NCBI GenBank assembly: GCA_038087875.1
Contig: CM075988.1
Location: 4,836,001 to 4,900,000, forward strand
DNA from: Malacoraja senta
Lineage: Eukaryota
Direction of reading: 5' to 3'
DNA: 64,000 bases
The notes below the pieces were generated by a model. That model was given only the letters and a program-made list of their open reading frames with translations, was not told the origin of the DNA and searched no databases. Below, piece by piece: positions 38,601-50,306 of the stretch; the first letter of the stretch is position 1; each line of letters starts with the position of its first letter. The position numbers and the translations under genes were made by a program.

Positions 38601-38889
38601 AAACACTAATATGATATCAAAATCCCCTACCACCAGCACCTTCCAAGCACCACCACTCTCTGTGTAACAAACTTGCCCCTTTAAATGTTGCTCCTCTCAT
38701 CCTCAAACTATGCCCTCCAGTCTTTGACATTACCTCTCTGGGAAAAAGGTTCTGAATGTTTACTCCACCTTATATCTCTCATAATTATACCTTCTTCCAT
38801 CAGGTCTCTCCTTACTCTCTGGCGTTCTAGAGAAATCAATTCACTTTGTTCAAACTCTGCGTGTAGCTCCTACTCATTGCTGTTTGCTT

Positions 38890-39192
38890 AGTTTTTTTGT
38901 TTTAGTTTTGAGAGATACAGCGTGGAAATAGGCCCCTTAGCCCACCGAGTCCACGCCGACCAGCGATCACATGGACAGTGGTTCTATGTCCTTCACACAC
39001 GAGGGACAATTTACAGAAGCCAATTAACCTACAAACTACACAACTGTGGAATGCGCGAGGAAACTGGAGCACCCGGAGAAAACCCACGCGGTCGCAGGGA
39101 GCATGGACAAACTCCGTACGGACAGCACCCGTAGTCAGGATTGAACCTGGGTCTCTGGTGCTGTAAGGCAGCAACTCTACCGCTGCGCCACC
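38890..39192 (-). mobile_element. HE1-like V-SINE
   Basis: Reverse-complement head, core and tail. Confidence 0.85.
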
Positions 39193-39644
39193 CTTTTTCT
39201 GATAATGTTTTGAGAATTGGGAGACGTGTTTATTCAGAAACTGTGACGTTCATACCCTTGCAGTGTTGATTAATATCGATTTTTTACACTGCTATTAATC
39301 TGGATAATTGTCTATCCTCTCTTCGTTGAGATAGCAAAAAATCCTTTACCTTGAAGACATCTGTGATGGTCCTGTTGATTGAGAATTAGACAGAAGGGTT
39401 GAGGCATGGTGGACATGCCTGGTGACCTTGAAGGAGGAAGTGAGGAAGGGAAGGGGAGCACACGTCTATGGTCCCCATCCCCTCTCAAGGAACGGGACAT
39501 CTACCTCTAGAGCTCAAGGAATATTTCATCTGAGGAGTAAAGTGTTCTGTCAATAGTAACAGGGAGTTTATTATTATTTTTATTCCTCCTATTTTCTACA
39601 GGATTTATATGTCACTTTTAAGGACAATATTTATTTCCTATCAA

Positions 39645-40045
39645 AAGACACAAAGTGCTGGAGTAACTCAGCTAGTCAGGGAGCATCTCTGGAGAAGATG
39701 GATCCAGTAGGTGACACTTCGGGTAGGGACCCCTTTTTAGACTGATTGTGAAGGGGGGGGGGGGGAGAGGAAGGGACAGGACAAAGCCTGGCAAGTAATA
39801 CGTGGATAGAGGTAAGGGGAGTTTTTGATTGTTGGACGAAGGCGAGAGATGAAAGGAGAGAAGGATTGCAGAGCTGTGAATTGTGAAGCTGGAGGCACCA
39901 TCTGACTATCAACCACCCACCCTCTCCCCCTCCCCCTCATCTGTATCAAACGATGACCTGCCCCTTCTCCCTCTCTCTCTCTCTTTCCCCTCACTAACCC
40001 GACCACAATCAGTCTGAAGAAGGGTCCCAGGCCCAAATGTCACCG
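39645..40045. mobile_element. Penelope 3'/pLTR fragments in inverted arrangement
   Basis: pLTR on minus at 39645-39745, CAATCAGTCTGAAGAAGGG on plus at 40006-40024. Confidence 0.65.
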
Positions 40046-40203
40046 ATCTAAGTTTAGTTTTAGTTTAGTTTAGTTTAATTTAGTTTAGTTTAGTATAGAG
40101 ATACAGCGTGGAAACAGGCCCTTCGGCCCACCGAGACCGCACCGACCATTAACAGTATCCTACACTAGGGAGAATGAAGATTCTGCTTTACTGCTTGCAA
40201 TAG

Positions 40204-40522
40204 GGTGGCATAGTGGCACAGCGGTATCGTTGCTGCCTAACACCGGCCAGAGATCCAGGTTTGATCCTGACAATGCTTGCTGTCTGTATGGAATTATTTA
40301 CGTTCTCCCAGTGATCTGAATGTGCTTTTTCCGGGTGTTCCGGTTTTCTCCCACATTCCAAAGACGTACAGGATTGTAAGTTAATTGGCATTAGTAAAAA
40401 AAAAGGTAAATTGGCCCTAGTGTGTAGGACAGTGTTAAGTGTGTGTGTAGGGATCGCTGGTCGATGCGGACTCGGTGGGCCGATGGGTCTGTTTCCATGC
40501 TGTATCTCTAAACTAAACTAAA
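40204..40522 (+). mobile_element. HE1-like V-SINE
   Basis: Head, core, (CTAAA)n tail. Confidence 0.85.
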
Positions 40523-42009
40523 CGCCCCCACAATATCTGGCATTCCCACACCCATTACAAACTGCACCACCAACGTGGCTCTCTGCACGAGTATGTCAAA
40601 CATGCTTTCCATTTGCTTTGCTTAGGTATTTATAGTTTATAAGATGGGACATTGTATTGCAGCTTCATTTACTGATGGTGTATAAGGGTTTGGGAAAGTA
40701 AGGTGTGGGGAGAATCTAAAAGGGATATAGATAGGCTTTTAGTCTGAAGAAGGCTCTCGACCCGAAAGGTCACCCATTCCTTCTCTCCAGAGATGCTGCC
40801 AGTCCCGCTGAGCTTTTGTGTCTGCCTACAGAGAGGCTTATCAAGAGAGCAAAGATATGGCAAGTGGGGATAACCTGCAGCAAGGTGAGTTTATGCATTT
40901 TGGCATAAGAATAGTAAAGCAGAAAATGAGTTACTAGGAGAATGATTACTATGCTGAGGGAGATAGGTGTTCTTGGGCAAGAGGCACAGAAATCTAGCAT
41001 GCAGGCGCAAAAACTAATTAAGAAGACAAATGCAATATTGACCTTTTTTACAAAGGGTTGTAGAGTAGAAATTGGAAAGTCCTTTTTTATTTTTAATTCA
41101 ATTTTTAGGAGCTGGGGATTGTTGGCAAGACCAATATTGATTGCTCATCCAAATTAGGCCCAGAGAAGGTGATGGCAAGCTGCCATCTAGAACCACTGGA
41201 GCCCTTAAGGTGAAGATACTTGCACAATGCTATAAACAAGGAACTGCAGATGCTGGAAGTAAGGGACTTTATCGGACTTTACTGTTTTTATCTTGCACTA
41301 AACATTATTCCCTTATCATGTGTCTGTACCCTGTGCAAGGCTCGATTGTAATCATGTATTGTCTTTCCGCTGGCTTGTTAGAATGCAACAAAAGTTTTTA
41401 ACCATGACAATTAATTAAACTAAACTAAGCAAGGGCCGGTAGGAAGGTGAACCGGTGTAATGCCTCCAGCGCCTTCAAGATCGGCTGCAGGCGCCCCCGA
41501 GACACAAAGATGGCCGGGCGAGGAGAGAAGAGAGACGTTGGTTCACGGGCCGATCCGGTCTAAGGCGACGGAGGAAGGCCCTGCAGGAGTCTGGGGCTCA
41601 CCTGGATCAGGAACCGCTCCAGTAGACCGAGCACGCGTGTGGGCGGACCGGACTGTGGACTGTGGGAATGGCACGAAAACATGGCGGCGCCTGCATGTGT
41701 AAATATGCATAAAGAATTTCACTGTGCAGTTGCAAGGGACATACTTGCAATGAAGTCAGATCAAAGAAAGTTCATTGAATTGAGTCGTGGGATGAGAGGA
41801 TTGATACGAGAGAGATGATGCAGGTTGAGCTGGTACTTATTGGCTCAGTATCAGAGCTGGTAGAACCACTGCCACACGGATCCCACAGCCAGCATCAGAC
41901 TCAACCTCAGGTGCTATCTGACTGGAATGTGTAAGTTTAGTCTAAGGATACAGCATGGAAACAGGCCCTTTGGCCCTCCGAGTCCACGACCATCAATCAC
42001 CCATTCACA

Positions 42010-42038
42010 CTGAAGAAGGGTTTCGGCCCGAAACGTTA
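42010..42038 (+). ncRNA. Minimal hammerhead-ribozyme-like core in Penelope pLTR
   Basis: CUGAAGA-A-GGGUU(UC)GGCCC-GAAA-CG-UU: conserved core boxes, stem II, palindromic ACGU in place of stem III; stem I weak. Confidence 0.6.
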
Positions 42039-42101
42039 CCTATTTCCTTCGCTCCATAGATGCTGCTGCACCCGCTGAGTTTCTCCAGCATTTTTGTGTA
42101 C
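42012..42101 (+). mobile_element. 90-bp mini-Penelope insertion
   Basis: Perfect 14-bp TSD CACCCATTCACACT (41998-42011, 42102-42115). Confidence 0.88.
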
Positions 42102-42569
42102 CACCCATTCACACTAGTTCTACGCTATCCCACATTCCCAGCCACTGCCTACACACTAGGGGCCATTTGCAGAGGGCCAATTAGCCAACAAACCCGCACG
42201 TCCTTTTGGGACGTGGGAGGAAACCAAAGAGCCCGGAGGAAACCCATGCGGTCACAGGGAGAAATTGCAAACTCCACACAGATCGGGATGGGATCGAACC
42301 CAAGTGTCTGGCGCTGAGAGACAGCAGCTCTACCCGCTGCACCACTGTGCCACCACAATTAATTTGGTAATTGGTAGAATTTGGGGAAGAGGATGATGTG
42401 GAGATTGATGGAAGAATAATATAGAATTAGCGTAAATGGCTGGCAGAAACTAGATGGGTAGGAAAATGCATAGACACACACAGATCATGATGACTGTGAG
42501 AGATACCGTACAAAGAACTAGAAAAGATAATTCATCAGGAGTTGCAAAGGATTTTGCAAGGATTTTAGG

Positions 42570-42875
42570 GATGGCACGGTGCAGCGGTAGAGTTGCTGCT
42601 TTACAGTGTTAGAGACCCGGGTTAGATCCTGGATGTCTGTACAGAGTTTGCCCATTCTCCCTGTGACCACGTGGCTTTTCTCTGGGTGCTCCAGTTTTCT
42701 TCCATACTCCAGGATGGACAGGTTTGTAGGTTAATTGGCTTCTCTAAATTGTTAAATTGTCCCTAGTGTGTAGGATACTGTGTTAGTGTACGGGGATCGC
42801 TGGTTGGCGCAAGCTAGGTGGGCCGAAGGGCCTGTTTCTGCGCCATGTCCCTAAAGTCTGCAGTAAAGTCTAAAG
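42570..42875 (+). mobile_element. HE1-like V-SINE
   Basis: Head, core and tail. Confidence 0.85.
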
Positions 42876-43026
42876 GATGTAAATCGTTATAAAAATATTT
42901 CCATATTAGGAAGGGAAGGGATTAACAAACGTAGTAAGTAAGATAGACAAAAAGCTGGAGTAACTCAGGCAGCATCTCTGGAGAGAACGATGGGTGATGT
43001 TTCGGGTCGAGCCCCTTCTTCAGAAT

Positions 43027-43801
43027 GGTTTCTTGGTTTCTTGGTTTCTTGGTCCTCCAAAATATTCCAAATGGAATTTAAACTGGAGATAGTGGAGGGA
43101 GGACTTAAGCCAGAAAGGGTTCTTGGGAAGAAAGAGCTACCTTAAATTTAGTTGCATCTGGTTGGGTAACTATGGTAGGGTGAAGATTATTCCATGCTTT
43201 AATTGTGCGCGGGAAGAACGAATTGCTGTACACATCTGTCTTGGTAGCTGGAATCACAAATTGGATCGAATGCCCTCGTCTGCTCCTAATTGGTTTTGGT
43301 TTGGTGTAGGTTTTGTAATCTATGTCGAGCTGACCATTTAACATTTTGTAAAAACAAGTCAAACGATGAGCTTCACGTCTGTCTTGGAGAGGGTTCCACC
43401 CCAGAGAATTCAGAAGTTTGGTAACACTCGCTTCTCTCTCATAGGTGTTAGTAACAAATCGAGCTGCCTGTCTTTGGACACGTTCGATGGAAGAAATGTT
43501 TTTGTTTGTGTATGGGTCCCATGCTGCAACTGCGTAGTCCAAATGAGGTCTAACGAGGGTGAAGTATAGCTTCTCCTTGACAGAAGTTGAACAATGATGA
43601 AAGTTGCATCTCAGAAAGTTTAGGACACCTGTTGCTTTCACCGTTGCATGATGTGTCTGACCATTCCAACGCAGATCATTCTGCAATTTGATGCCAAGAT
43701 ACTTGGTTTGTTTGGATTCTTCAAGGGTGGCACCAAGTAAGATGTTTCGCCTGGATTCCACTTTCTGGTGACAAGCATGGTTTCACATTTGGAAGGGTTG
43801 A
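43027..43801 (-). mobile_element. CR1/L2-group LINE 3' fragment (clade uncertain, unlike the HER1-like CR1)
   Basis: NPSKCETM, KYLGI.L..DL.W, LYFTLVRPHLDYA..AWDPY, IERVQRQAARFV, SFFPRTIKAWNNL; (CCAAGAAA)n tail. Confidence 0.85.
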
Positions 43802-43963
43802 GAAGGGATAAGAGAAACGAGAGTATAGACAGTGAAGTGGAGAGATAAAGAACAATGCAAGAAAGTAACAATGACAAAGGAAACAGGCCAATGTAAGCTG
43901 TTTGTAGGATGAAAAGGAGAAGCTAGTGCGACTTGGGGGGGGGGGGGTGGGGGGTGGGAGAGA

Positions 43964-44930
43964 TTGTTGTTCATCCTTCGTAGATGAAGAAGACCATGAC
44001 CAGTGTTTTTGTTTGTGGGTCCAGAGGTGACTGGTAAGACCGATAACCCGGAAGGCTCGCCCAAATATGGGACACAGTTGGGTGGGCATTGCAGTAGAAG
44101 TTGTAGTGGCTCGAGCCTTGCGCGCGGTGCGTTTCCTCTAAGCTTCTGCGGTGCGCTTCTTCTCAGCTGCACGCGCTCCTGTGGTGATCTTGCTTCGCCC
44201 CGTTGGGAGGTACGGGTCCTGAAGTCATGACTTGTGCTTGACTTGGATTAAAGTGAGGGAGAGATGCGCAAATCATCAGCGTCACTCTCTCGTCCCGGCC
44301 TATCTGGATCCAGTGGCAAGACATAGTCAAGATGCCTAACGATAGGTCAGGATCCAGTGGATGGCCACCAGTGTTCTGCGTGAACATTGTGCCCTAATTG
44401 CGCTCCACGACACTTTGCTGGGTCCACCTTCCTACCCGTTGGACCGCCAAATGGTGGTCTCCTCCGCGTATTCCGCCAGATCCAGTCTTCACCTTTCTTG
44501 AATAAGGTAATGGCCACAAGGCAGTGGAGGTTTGCATTTGGTGTTTTCCTTCACCACTCCAGGGTGCTATATGGAGGATGCCTGTGCGTGACTTTGTTTA
44601 ACGTGGGGAGACTGGTGCACAGACAGCCACCCCACGGTCCTTGACAGATCTGGGTCAGGATCCGGTGGCATGGAGTCCAAGACGATCATAGACCCTTTTC
44701 TGCTGCAGCCTTCACCCGCCTTCCCAGCCGTTGTGACGCTCCACTAAGGTCAGCCATCATCCTCCGCCTGTTCCACCGTTGAGGTCTTGGTTGGATTGCT
44801 CTTTGTCAGAATCCTCCCCCTCGACCTTCCCGCCAAGGGTGGCCCTACTAGGAGCATAGCTCCAGACGGCATCGCTCTCAGGTTCTCAGGTCCACACAAG
44901 CTTCTCCACCATGACAGGGTGACAATCCAT
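43964..44930 (-). mobile_element. Bipartite non-autonomous RTE element (5' leader joined to extreme 3' end)
   Basis: 5' GGATTGTCACCCTGTCATGGTGGAGAAGCTTG...GGGCCACCC...CTGACAAA resembling RTE/BovB-type leaders; 3' CP..GRAFR.IGLTSHL.TH and (CAA)n tail; no APE/RT between. Confidence 0.72.
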
Positions 44931-47302
44931 GGATAGGGAGAGAGGGAATGCCGGGGCTACCTGAAGTGAGAGATATCAAATTTCATTTCACTGGGCTGTA
45001 AGCTGCCCAAGCGAAATATGAGATGCTGTTCTTCCAATTTGCGTTTAGCCTCACTCTGACAATGGAGGAGACCGAGGACAGAAAGGTCTGTGTAGGAATG
45101 GGAAGGTAAATTAAAGTGTCCAGCAACCGGGAGATCAGGTTGGTTAACGCGGGCTGAGCGAAGGTGTTCCGCGAAACGATCGCCCAGTCTGCGTTTGGTG
45201 TCGCCGATGTATAAGAGTCCAAATCTTGAAGAATGGATACAGTAGATGAGGTTGGATGAGGTGCAAGTGAACCTCTGCCTAACCTGAAAGGACTGTCGGG
45301 GTCTCTGGTCAGAGTCGAGGGATGAGGTATAGCGACAGGTGTTGCATCTTCTGCGGTTGCAGAGGAAGGTACCTGGGGAGGGCATGGTTTGGGTGGGAAG
45401 GGATGAGTTAACCAGGGAGTTGCAGAGGGAATGGTCTCTGCGGAAAGGGGTGGAGATGGGAAAATGTGACTAGTGGTGGGATCCCGTTAGAGGTTGTGGA
45501 AATTTCGGAGGATTATACGTTTGTATGCGACAGCTGATGGGGTGGAAGGTAAGGACTAGGGGGGCTCTGTCTCTGTTGCGACGAGGGTGAGGGGAAGCAA
45601 AAGGCAGAGCTGCGGGGTACCAAGGAGACACGAGTGAAGGCCTCATTTATGATGGGAGAGAGGAACCACCATTCCCGAAAGAATGAGGACATCGCGGATG
45701 TTCTAGTATGGAACACCTCATCTTGGGCGCAGATGCGACGTAAGCGGAAGAATTGGGAGTAGGGGATAGAGTCTTTGCAAGAAGCAGGGTGGGAAGAAGT
45801 TTAGTCAAGATAGGTGTGGAAGTCAGTGGGTTTGTAATAGATGTCAGTTAATTGTCTATTTCTTGTGAGATCAAGAAAGGGGAGGGAGGTGTCGGAGATG
45901 GACCAAGTATATTTGAGTGCATGATGAAAATTGGTGGTGAAGTTGAGTGATATCTCTCTTGGTCCAGCTGTGGGCAAGAAAACACATAAGTGCCTCCACA
46001 TCCTCATATGACTACTGCAAGCTAGTTAGGCATGTCTCGAATGAGCCTTGCCAATTTTTACGATATGATACAATAGAACTTTATTTATCCCAGGTGGGAA
46101 ATTGATCTGCCAACAGACATAAAAACACAAAATACATGAAACATGAAATTAAAGTGACGAGTGGAAAGGCTTGGGGATGTGCAAAGATTGAGGCGGTGGG
46201 GGGCGGAGGGGAGTCAGTCTCAGTCTCAGTCTCAGTCTACCCCACGATAGAAGGGGGAGGAGTTGTACAGTTTGATAGCCACAGGAAAGAAGGATCTCCT
46301 GTGGCGTTCTGTCCTTCATCTTGGTGGAACCAGTCTGTTGCTGAAGGAACTCCTTCGGTTGACCTGTGTGTCATGGAGGGGGTGAACTGTATTGTCCAAG
46401 ATACAGATGCACTATAGAAAGCATCCTATCAGTATGCAACACAATGCGTTTGGCAACAGCTCTACCCAAGACTTCAAGTAATTAGAAAGTTGCAGATGCA
46501 GCCCAGTCCATCACACAAACCAACTTCCCCCACATCACTTACACTTCACACTGTCTTGGGAAAACAGCCAAAATAATCAAGTAGCGCTCACTCCTCCGTC
46601 ATCCCCTCTCCTCCCCTTTCTCATCGGGAAGAAGGTATAAAGGCATGAAAGCACAAATTACCAGATTTTTTAAAGCCTTTCCCCCCCGCTGTTTTCAGAC
46701 TACTGAACAGAACCCTCGTAAGCTGATCGTTTAGCTCCAATGTCCCAACCTACCACAAATTGACCCTGACACTTTTTCTTAGCTACATTCCTCCGGTAGG
46801 TCTAACACTGTCACATTATATTCTGCAGCAACAAGGTGGAGGTTTACACAAAAAGACACAAAGTGCTGGAGTAACGCGGCAGGTCAAGCTGCACCTCCAT
46901 AGGTGACGTTTTGGATCGGGATTCTGCTTGCTGGTCCTCGAAATGTCCCCGCAACGCCCATGTCCTCCCGAGTTGCTGCCAGACCCGTTAAGGTACTCGA
47001 GCACTTTGTGGCCTTTTGGGTAAATCAGCATCTTCAGTTCCTTCCTGCACATTTTGTCTGCTCCACTGCAAAATCTCCGCAAGGCATGCCTACTTGAAAG
47101 GAGAGAGGTCTGGGTTAAAACGTGGTGGTAGAGTCGGAGAGCAGTAAGTATCACAGATGGGGGGCAGTGAGAGAGGATGTTACTGAAGTTTGAAGAACTT
47201 TGAAGAAGTTTGAAGAACCTCCTTGAAGTTCTCTTCCTCTCTCTGAGAAAAAAGGGTCCTGACCCGAAACGTCACCTATCCATGTTCTCCAGAGATGCTA
47301 CC

Positions 47303-47479
47303 TGTAGATTAGTGTCACGCATACTATACATATTCCGCCCACAGGTTTAATAGAAAGCTCTTTTCCTCTCTCTCTCTCTCTCATTCTAGTGCTGCATGCT
47401 GAAATGAAGTTACCAAGCTGAATTGCTAATAAAAGACTTTGGATCCTATTCACTTTGTGTGAGTCATATCAATTCAACA
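47303..47479 (+). mobile_element. Short solo LTR (177 bp)
   Basis: TGTAGA...TCAACA termini, internal AATAAA, 5-bp TSD CTACC; interrupts a Penelope pLTR. Confidence 0.8.
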
Positions 47480-47789
47480 CTACCTTGACCCACTGAGTTA
47501 CTCCAGTATAGTGTATTGTGTCCTATTATAGTCTGCACTTGGTTATCTTTCTGATATTTGTGTATCATTTGATTGTACCTATGTTTTGTATGATTTGACC
47601 TGGCTGTAACCTGCCCAAGCGAAATATGAGATGCAGTTCCTCCAATTTGCGTTTAGCCTCACTCCAACAATGGACCATTCTATCCATGCTGGTACCTTGC
47701 CTCTAATAACATGGTCTCTTATCTAGTTTCGCAGCCTCACATGTAGCATCTATTCAAAGGGCTTTAGAAAATACAAGTAAACAATATTG

Positions 47790-48090
47790 CATGGTGGCAC
47801 AGTGGTAGATTTGCTGCCTTAAGCTGCAGGGACTTGGGTTCGATCCTGACAATGGGTGGTGACTGTACAGAGTTTGCACATTCTCCCTGTGACCGCATCG
47901 GTTTTCTCTTGGTTCTCAAGTTTCCTGCCACACTCCAAAGACATATTGGTTTTCAGGTTAATTGGCTTCTGTAAATTGTAAATTGTCCCTAATGTGTAGG
48001 ATAATGCTAGTGTACAGAGTGATCGCTGGTCAATGAGGCCTTGGTAGGCTGAAGGGCCTGTTTCCACACTGTATCTCTAAAGTCTAAACA
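47790..48090 (+). mobile_element. HE1-like V-SINE
   Basis: B box GGTTCGATCC, V core, tail. Confidence 0.85.
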
Positions 48091-48580
48091 TCTACCAACT
48101 CTTCTTTGTCTATCCTGCCTATAGTCACTTCAAAAAACCCCAACAGATTTGTCAGACTATATCTTCCCTTACCAAAAACATGCTGACTTTGGCCTGTTTT
48201 ATCTTGTACTTCTAAGAACCACAAAAACTCATCCTTAAAAATGGACTCTAACATTTTGCCCACCACAGAAGTCAGACTGAAGTCAGACACAAAATGCTGG
48301 AGTAACTCAGCGGGGCAACAACTTCTCTGGGGAGAAAGAATGGGTGATGTTTCGGATCGAGACCTTTCTTCTGATTAACTGGCCTTTAATTTCCTTTCAT
48401 TTGCCTCACTCCCTTCTTAAGGAGTGGTATCACATTTGCAATTTACCAGTCCTCTAGAACCATTCCTGATCCTAGTTTAGTTTAATTTATAGAGACACAG
48501 CACAGAAACAAGACCTTCAACCTAACGAGTCCGCACCGACCAGCAATCTCCAAACATTAACACTACCCAACACACATTAG

Positions 48581-48870
48581 ACAATAGACAATAGACAACA
48601 GGTGCAGGAATAGTCCATTTGGCCCTTCGAGCCAGCACCGCCATTCAATGTGATCATGGCTGATAATCCCCAATCAGTACCCCGTTCCTGCATTCTCCCC
48701 ATATCCCCTGACTCCGCTATTTATAAGAGCCCTATCTAGCTCTCTCTTGAAAGCATTCAGAGGACCCGCCTCCACCGCCCTCTGAGGCAGAGAATTCCAC
48801 AGACTCACCACTCTCTGTGGAGAAAAAGTGTTTCCTCATCTCTGTTCTAAATGGCTTACTGCTTATTCTT
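48581..48870 (-). mobile_element. CR1 LINE 3' end
   Basis: Same family as 16804-17742 and 58465-58943. Confidence 0.85.
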
Positions 48871-48992
48871 ACTGCTTTGCATGTCTTTGGAGTGTGGAAG
48901 GTAACTTGGGAAAAAAACACGCAGATCACGGAGAGAACGTACAGACTCCATCAGACAGGGGGGGGAGAGAGAGAGAGAGGGAGAGAGAGGGA

Positions 48993-49740
48993 GTCAGTTG
49001 GTACTGAGACTAACTACCCCTCTAATAAGCCAAAGCAGATTAGAATGTTACCATGCCCTAAAAAGAGATTATAAATTGGCAGACTATCTCTCAACTGTTA
49101 GAGACATAAAACAGAGAAGACCCTCACCAAATACAGGCTAAGTGACCACTATTTGGCAGTTGAAAAAGGAAGACAGAAGAGATTCTGGCAACCAAGAGAA
49201 AACAGAATATGCGGCCACTGTTTGACAGATGAGGTTAAAACAGAGGTGCACTTCCTCCTAAAATGCAAAAAATTTGACAAAACAAGGAAAACATACTTTG
49301 ACAAACTCAGTCAGGCAACCCCTGATTTTAAAGAACTAGATGATACTTCAAAACTAAGAATAATCCTTGGTGAAGGAAATACGGCACATCTTGGTGCACA
49401 ATACGTAACAGCATGCCATAACCTGAGAGACGGTGAATGACCAATATGCACATATGTACGCACACACTAATTGACATTAACTGACACTAAGAAATTAATA
49501 TTGAATTGCTAAACTTGCTATCCTGTTGTACTGCTTACAGCTGCAAGAACGTGTAGTAATCAATAAAGGGCTATAGTCCTCTTGCGAGTTTATGTACAGG
49601 GGCATATCTATCCGTGCACTGTATACTTGTATTTATACTTATGCATTTTAAATATGTATGTCATGTTTTATACTTTGGCAATATAACAATGTATTTTTTG
49701 TCATGCCAATAAAGTTTTTAAATTGAATTGAAAATTGAAA
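48993..49740 (+). mobile_element. RTEX-type LINE 3' fragment flanked by (GA)n
   Basis: LTKYRLSDHYLAVEKGR...RENRICGHC...VKTEVHFLLKC zinc-finger-like C-terminus; AATAAA then (ATTGA)n tail. Confidence 0.75.
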
Positions 49741-49763
49741 AGAGAGAGAGAGAGAGAGAGAGA

Positions 49764-49963
49764 NNNNNNNNNNNNNNNNNNNNNNNNNNNNNNNNNNNNN
49801 NNNNNNNNNNNNNNNNNNNNNNNNNNNNNNNNNNNNNNNNNNNNNNNNNNNNNNNNNNNNNNNNNNNNNNNNNNNNNNNNNNNNNNNNNNNNNNNNNNNN
49901 NNNNNNNNNNNNNNNNNNNNNNNNNNNNNNNNNNNNNNNNNNNNNNNNNNNNNNNNNNNNNNN
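49764..49963. other. Assembly gap (200 N)
   Basis: Run of N after a (GA)n tract. Confidence 1.
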
Positions 49964-50306
49964 GCCCAGAACATGCATGTGGGTGTGGGTGTGACTGGGC
50001 ATATTTAGTTTAGTTTAGTTTACGATAGTTTAGAGATATAGCGTGGAAACTGGCCCTTCGGCCCACCGAGTCCACGCTGTCCAGTGATCCCCGCTCATTA
50101 ACAATATCCTACACACACACACACTAGGGACAATTTATATTTACACCAAGCCAATTAACCTGCAAACCTGTATTTTTTGGAGTGTTGGAGGAAACCGAAT
50201 ATCTCAGAGAAAATCCATGTTGTCACAGGGAGAACGTACAAACTCTATACAGCCAGCACCCATAGTTGGGATCGTACCTGGATCTCTGGCTCTGTAAGTG
50301 CTGTAA

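Larger units (their letters stand above)
41935..42355 (-). mobile_element. HE1-like V-SINE hosting a mini-Penelope
   Basis: SINE sequence continuous on both sides of 42012-42101. Confidence 0.8.
42940..45950 (-). mobile_element. Penelope-like element (RT C-terminus, GIY-YIG, pLTR) with two nested LINE insertions
   Basis: LPFLDL...TDIYYKPTD.HTYLD; CNRRRCNTC, FTCTSSNLIYCI...LYIGDTKRRLGDRFAEH; pLTR at 42940-43024. Confidence 0.9.

Noticed and set aside
39312..39500. MPQPFCLILNQ resembling a guanylate-binding-protein N-terminus
   Set aside because: Similarity ends after ~10 residues; no P-loop follows.
49648..50013. ORFs containing X runs
   Set aside because: Artefacts of the N gap.
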